DNA of 64,000 bases, taken from assembly GCF_036365525.1 (NCBI RefSeq), contig NC_090396.1:40846689-40910688 (forward strand). Direction: 5' to 3'. Source of the stretch: Heterodontus francisci. Its lineage: Eukaryota. Shown here piece by piece: positions 59,970-64,000 of this stretch; the stretch's first letter is position 1; the number at the start of each line of letters is the position of its first letter. The notes below the pieces were generated by a model that saw nothing but the letters and a program-made list of their open reading frames with translations, was not told the origin of the DNA and did no database searches. The position numbers were made by a program, and so were the translations under genes.

Positions 59970-61530
59970 TCTCTCGCCAATCTTCACTAGATTTGTCTTT
60001 TTACAACAACTCCAAACACATACTTCTCCTTATCACCTTGGTGGTTTTTCACCATGACCTTCTGACCAGCACCAAATTCTCTTAAGTTTCATGCCTCGTG
60101 TATTATGACTCATCTTCACTCCGTCTTGCTTTTCTCTTACTTTGCAATTGAAATCAGGCTTAAGCAAACTAAACCTTGTCCTAAGAGCGTGTTTAAACAC
60201 TAATTCGTAAGGTGAGCAACCTGTTGTAGCCCCTGGGGTTATTCTGTAAGAGAACAGAAAATTTTTTAGCCTGTGTCAAAGAGAAACATCGAAGTTACTG
60301 CCTAGCTTGTCACCTAGCAAATATTTCTGCAAAGACCTGTCCATAATTTGAACACTTCTTTCTCTAGCACCATTCGATGCTGGGTGATATGGTGGTATTA
60401 GAGTGTGTTTGACTCCATTCTTACTCAGAAATATTTCAAGCTCTTCTGACATAAACTGTGGACCATTACCTGACACCAACACCTCTGGCAACCCATAAAT
60501 TGCAAACCAACTTCACAAAACCTCAATAGTTTTGGCAATTATGGTATTGGGGATAGACTCAACATTTATCTACTTGCTATGGCTATCGATCAAAACAAAG
60601 TACTCTTTTCCTTCTGCTTCAAAGAAATCGACATGTACTCGTTCCCACGGTTTTCTTGTGTTTGACCATGGAATGGAAGGTTAGATCATTTCTCATTCTG
60701 AGACACATTTTACAACTTTTCACCAATTCTTCAATATCTCTATCTACATTTGCATGCCAAAAATAGCTTCTTTCTACTGCTTTCATAAGTAGTGTGCTTT
60801 TGATGAAATTCCTCTAACAATCTCTCTCTAAACCTTGGCAGAATAATGACTCTTTAACCCCATAGGAGACAGCCTTGATTTACACTCAGTTCATTTCTAC
60901 TTGTGAAATACTCCTGCAGTTTCTCATCATCACTCTCTTTAGACCAGCCATTCATGACGTAATTGACCACTTGACTGAGCACCATAACTTTGCGAGTTTC
61001 TTCAGTAATTTCTCTGGCAGATACTGACATGTCATTTGTGTATGTAAAGTAATTTACAGGTACCTTATTGGCTAAAAATGAATCAGCCTTCACGGAAAAA
61101 CTCAAAAGAACGTCCATATTTACATAACCTGCTGACGTACGATATTTAATATCGTATTGATAGGCCACCTCTGAAGCCGTACTGCCACTAGAGATGGTAT
61201 TCCCTTTTTTGAACCAAATATGATCATAAGGTCTTGGTGTTTGGTTAACAAAATGAACTTCCTACCATAGAGGGATTTATGAAACTTTGTAAGACCATGT
61301 ATAATGGCTAATGCCTCTTTCTCAACTTGTAATTTTGCTCTGACTTTGTTAAATTATGTGAAGCATTCGCTAGAGGCCTCTCCACATCGGCTTCTATTGT
61401 GTGAGACAACACAACACCTCACCTCTGTGGTGAGGCATTGCATGTTAAAACCAGTGGTTTCTTGGGATCATAATGAGTATAAACAGCATCACTAGTCAGT
61501 AATTTCTTCACCTCTTCAAACACATGATCA
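59970..61530 (-). mobile_element. Gypsy LTR-retrotransposon pol remnant (RNase H to integrase)
   Basis: AYQYDIKYR..ELSVNQGCLLWG; PEVLVSGNGPQF..PYHPASNGARER. Confidence 0.88.
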
Positions 61531-61769
61531 ACTGGGAGTAATTAAGAGAATTAAAAGGTCATTAACAGGAACGGTGAGGTCCAAAATAGCAGGTCATGCA
61601 CCAAATGAGTGTTAGACATTGTTTGAAGTCATGAACTGCCCACTCTGCATGCTTCCAGCACACACACACATACCTGCTAGCACCAATGGCAAAGAATGCA
61701 TTCTCCAAACATAAGGAATTGCTCTATATAGGAAGAGTAGAAATTTTAATAAAATAATTGTCAAGACTG

Positions 61770-61945
61770 TGACTTGGAGTGTCTTTTTGGATGGGGGGGA
61801 CTTAAATGTGAATCTTGAGAAAGGTCAACATCCAAAGACCAAAAAGTTGTGAAATGTGGCTCTGGAGAAGGATGGAGAGGATCACTTGGTGAGAATGCAA
61901 GAGCAATGAAGAGATTCTCAGGATGGTGGAGGACAGATTGTTAGT
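61770..61945 (+). mobile_element. Short RTE LINE fragment
   Basis: Reads EMWLWRRMERITW*ECKSNEEILRMV. Confidence 0.55.
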
Positions 61946-61959
61946 GAATAACTAACTTC

Positions 61960-63208
61960 CTTTAAGTTTTTGATGAGGTAACAGAGAGTGTTGCTGAGGG
62001 TAATGTGGTTGATGTGGTGTACATGGACTTCCAAAAGGCATTTGATAAAGAGGGACATAGCAGACTTGTCAGCAAAGTTACAGCCCATGGAATAAAAGGG
62101 TCAGTGGCAGCATGGATACAAAATTGGCTGAGTGACAGGAAACCGAGTGTATTTGTGATGGTTTTTCATGTTTGTGCTTGGGGCCTTGGCTGTTCAGTTT
62201 TCTGTTAATTAACACCCTCTCTGTATTAACACTTTGTCTTTCACCACCATTAACATACCATTTGCCTTTGCTCCATGACCTTCTGGTCAGTTATTCTCTG
62301 TGACCTTGTCCTATTTACACCTCTTTTGTTATCTCTTGCCCCACCCCTGTTTTGCTTGCTTAAAACCTATCACATTTCTAGCCTCTGCCAGTTCTGATGA
62401 AAGGTCACTGACCTTAAAATTTAACTCTGCTTCTCTCTCCACAGATGCTGCCAGACCTGCTGAGTATTTCCAGCACTTTCTGTTTTTATTTCAGATTTCC
62501 AGCATCTGCCGTATTTTGCTTTTATATTATTGTAGTTGAGATGGATTGTTTTTCAGACTGGAGGAAGGTATGCAGTGGGGTTCCCTGGGGTCAGTGTTAG
62601 GACTAGTGCTTTTCTTGATCTGCATTAATGACCTAGACTTGGGTGTGCAGGATTTAATTTCAAAATTTGAAGATGACACAAAACTTGGAAGTATTGTGAA
62701 CTGTGAGGAGGATAGTGATAAACTTCAAGAGGACATAGAGAGGTTGGTGGAATGGACAGAAAAGTGGCAAATGAAATTTAATGAAGAAAAGTGTGAAGTG
62801 ATTCATTTTCGCAGAAAGAATGAGGGGAAGCAATATAAATTAAAGGGTAAAATTCTAAAAGAGGCTGTAGGAGGGGTTAGATATGCACATCATTGAAGGT
62901 TGCAGGCCAGGTTGAGAAAGTGGTTAATAAAGCATACAGGATCTGGGCTTTATAAATAAGGGCATAGGGTACAAGAATAAGGATTATGATAAACCTGTAT
63001 AAAACACTGGTTCGGCCTCAACTGGAGTACTGTGTCCAGTTCTGGGCATCACACTTTAGGAAGAATATTAAGGCATTAGAGGAGGTGCAGAGAAGATGCA
63101 CGAGAATCGTTCCAGGGATGAGGAATTTCAGTAACATGGATAGATTGCAGAAAGCTAACACAGACATGACAGGCCGAATGGCCTCCTTCTGTTTTGTAAC
63201 CATTCTAT
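61960..63208 (+). mobile_element. CR1 fragment interrupted by a Penelope-like insert
   Basis: VDVVYMDFQKAFDK, SKFEDDTKLG, LVRPQLEYCVQFW. Confidence 0.88.
62170..62530 (+). mobile_element. Penelope-like terminal fragment with a mutated hammerhead core
   Basis: ctgatga-a-aggtca-c-tgacct-taaaa followed by acagatgctgccagacctgctgagtatttccagca. Confidence 0.6.
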
Positions 63209-63963
63209 GGGCTGGATTTTGTTCTCCCCTAGGTGCAGGTTCCTTGGCGGGGAAGGCCTGAAGTTGGCTCCGGATGAGGCCCACCATGGCCCTCGACGCC
63301 AGGAGGGCCTGGCCTGGTCCTCCCGGTGACGGTGAGGCTCTGTGGCAGCCTCCCCACCACCGGGCAGTGGGACCACAATTTTAATATGCAAATCAATTCA
63401 AATAATTAATTTAAATAAACTTACGTCTCCTCCTGATGGCCCGCCGCGATCTTCGGCCCAGTGGTTGACACCCCTATGCCTTTGGATCCCTGTCTGGGGA
63501 AACGAGGCACCAAACTGGTGTGGGGGTGTGGGGGAGCGGGGTAGGTAAGATTATCAGTGTTGGGGGGCACGAGGTCAAATAAACATTATGGGTGCAGGGG
63601 ATGGCGGGAAGGGTTGTAATTTAAAGAGTAGATGATAAGGGTAAGTGTTTTTTTGGGGGGGGGAGGAGGGCAGATAATTAATTACATTTTTATGGGGCGG
63701 GGAGGAGCAAAAGAAATGTATTTATTTAATTTAATTTAATCTATCTTTAAATATTTAAATATGCCCGTAGGGTTAACAGCCCTTTACGAATGGCGTCAAC
63801 GCATGCACACAGGCTGCTGACGCCATTGCTGGGGATAGACAGTCCTCCCCCTCCACATGATTACCTCCGCGCTTTGGACCGCGACGGCGCTGCAACATGC
63901 GACCGGCACAGGCAGGCTGTCATTTTTTTCGCCCGCTGCCGATTTTGGCATAACATTCAGCCC
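63209..63963. mobile_element. Harbinger-family MITE inserted in a CR1 tail
   Basis: TIR gggctggattttgt / ataacattcagccc and TSD TAT. Confidence 0.82.
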
Positions 63964-64000
63964 TATAATTCTATCATCAAGGAAAGGCAACAGCATTTTT

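Overview
AT-rich vertebrate genomic DNA, most likely from a cartilaginous fish (shark), judged from HE1/V-type and Deu-type SINEs, CR1, RTE, Penelope-like and Harbinger repeats. The main host feature is a tandem pair of multi-exon B7-family immunoglobulin genes on the + strand (IgV exon, IgC exon, TM exon, two short cytoplasmic exons). Their IgC motif spacing (C-x3-GYP), V/C junction (ITLKVK|APY) and exon layout resemble PD-L1/PD-L2. Copy B (24811-30049) splices into an uninterrupted 273-codon frame and has a candidate ISRE/kB/ETS promoter, but its best leader-exon candidate is frameshifted. Copy A (191-6282) looks chimeric: it has an extra IgC pseudo-exon, a destroyed TM exon and many transposon insertions, so it is either a pseudogene or a secreted form. 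Both IgV domains lack the canonical Trp and F-strand Cys. A 3.9-kb insertion in the 3' UTR of copy A may carry a decayed S100-like gene fragment. The rest of the window is transposon-rich intergenic DNA: a two-gene Harbinger element with its MITE family, hAT MITEs, CR1 and RTE LINEs, a solo LTR, a Gypsy pol remnant and a Penelope-like fragment with a mutated hammerhead core. Most short ORFs in the track are repeat-derived or spurious. All alignments were done by eye, so identities and repeat boundaries are approximate.
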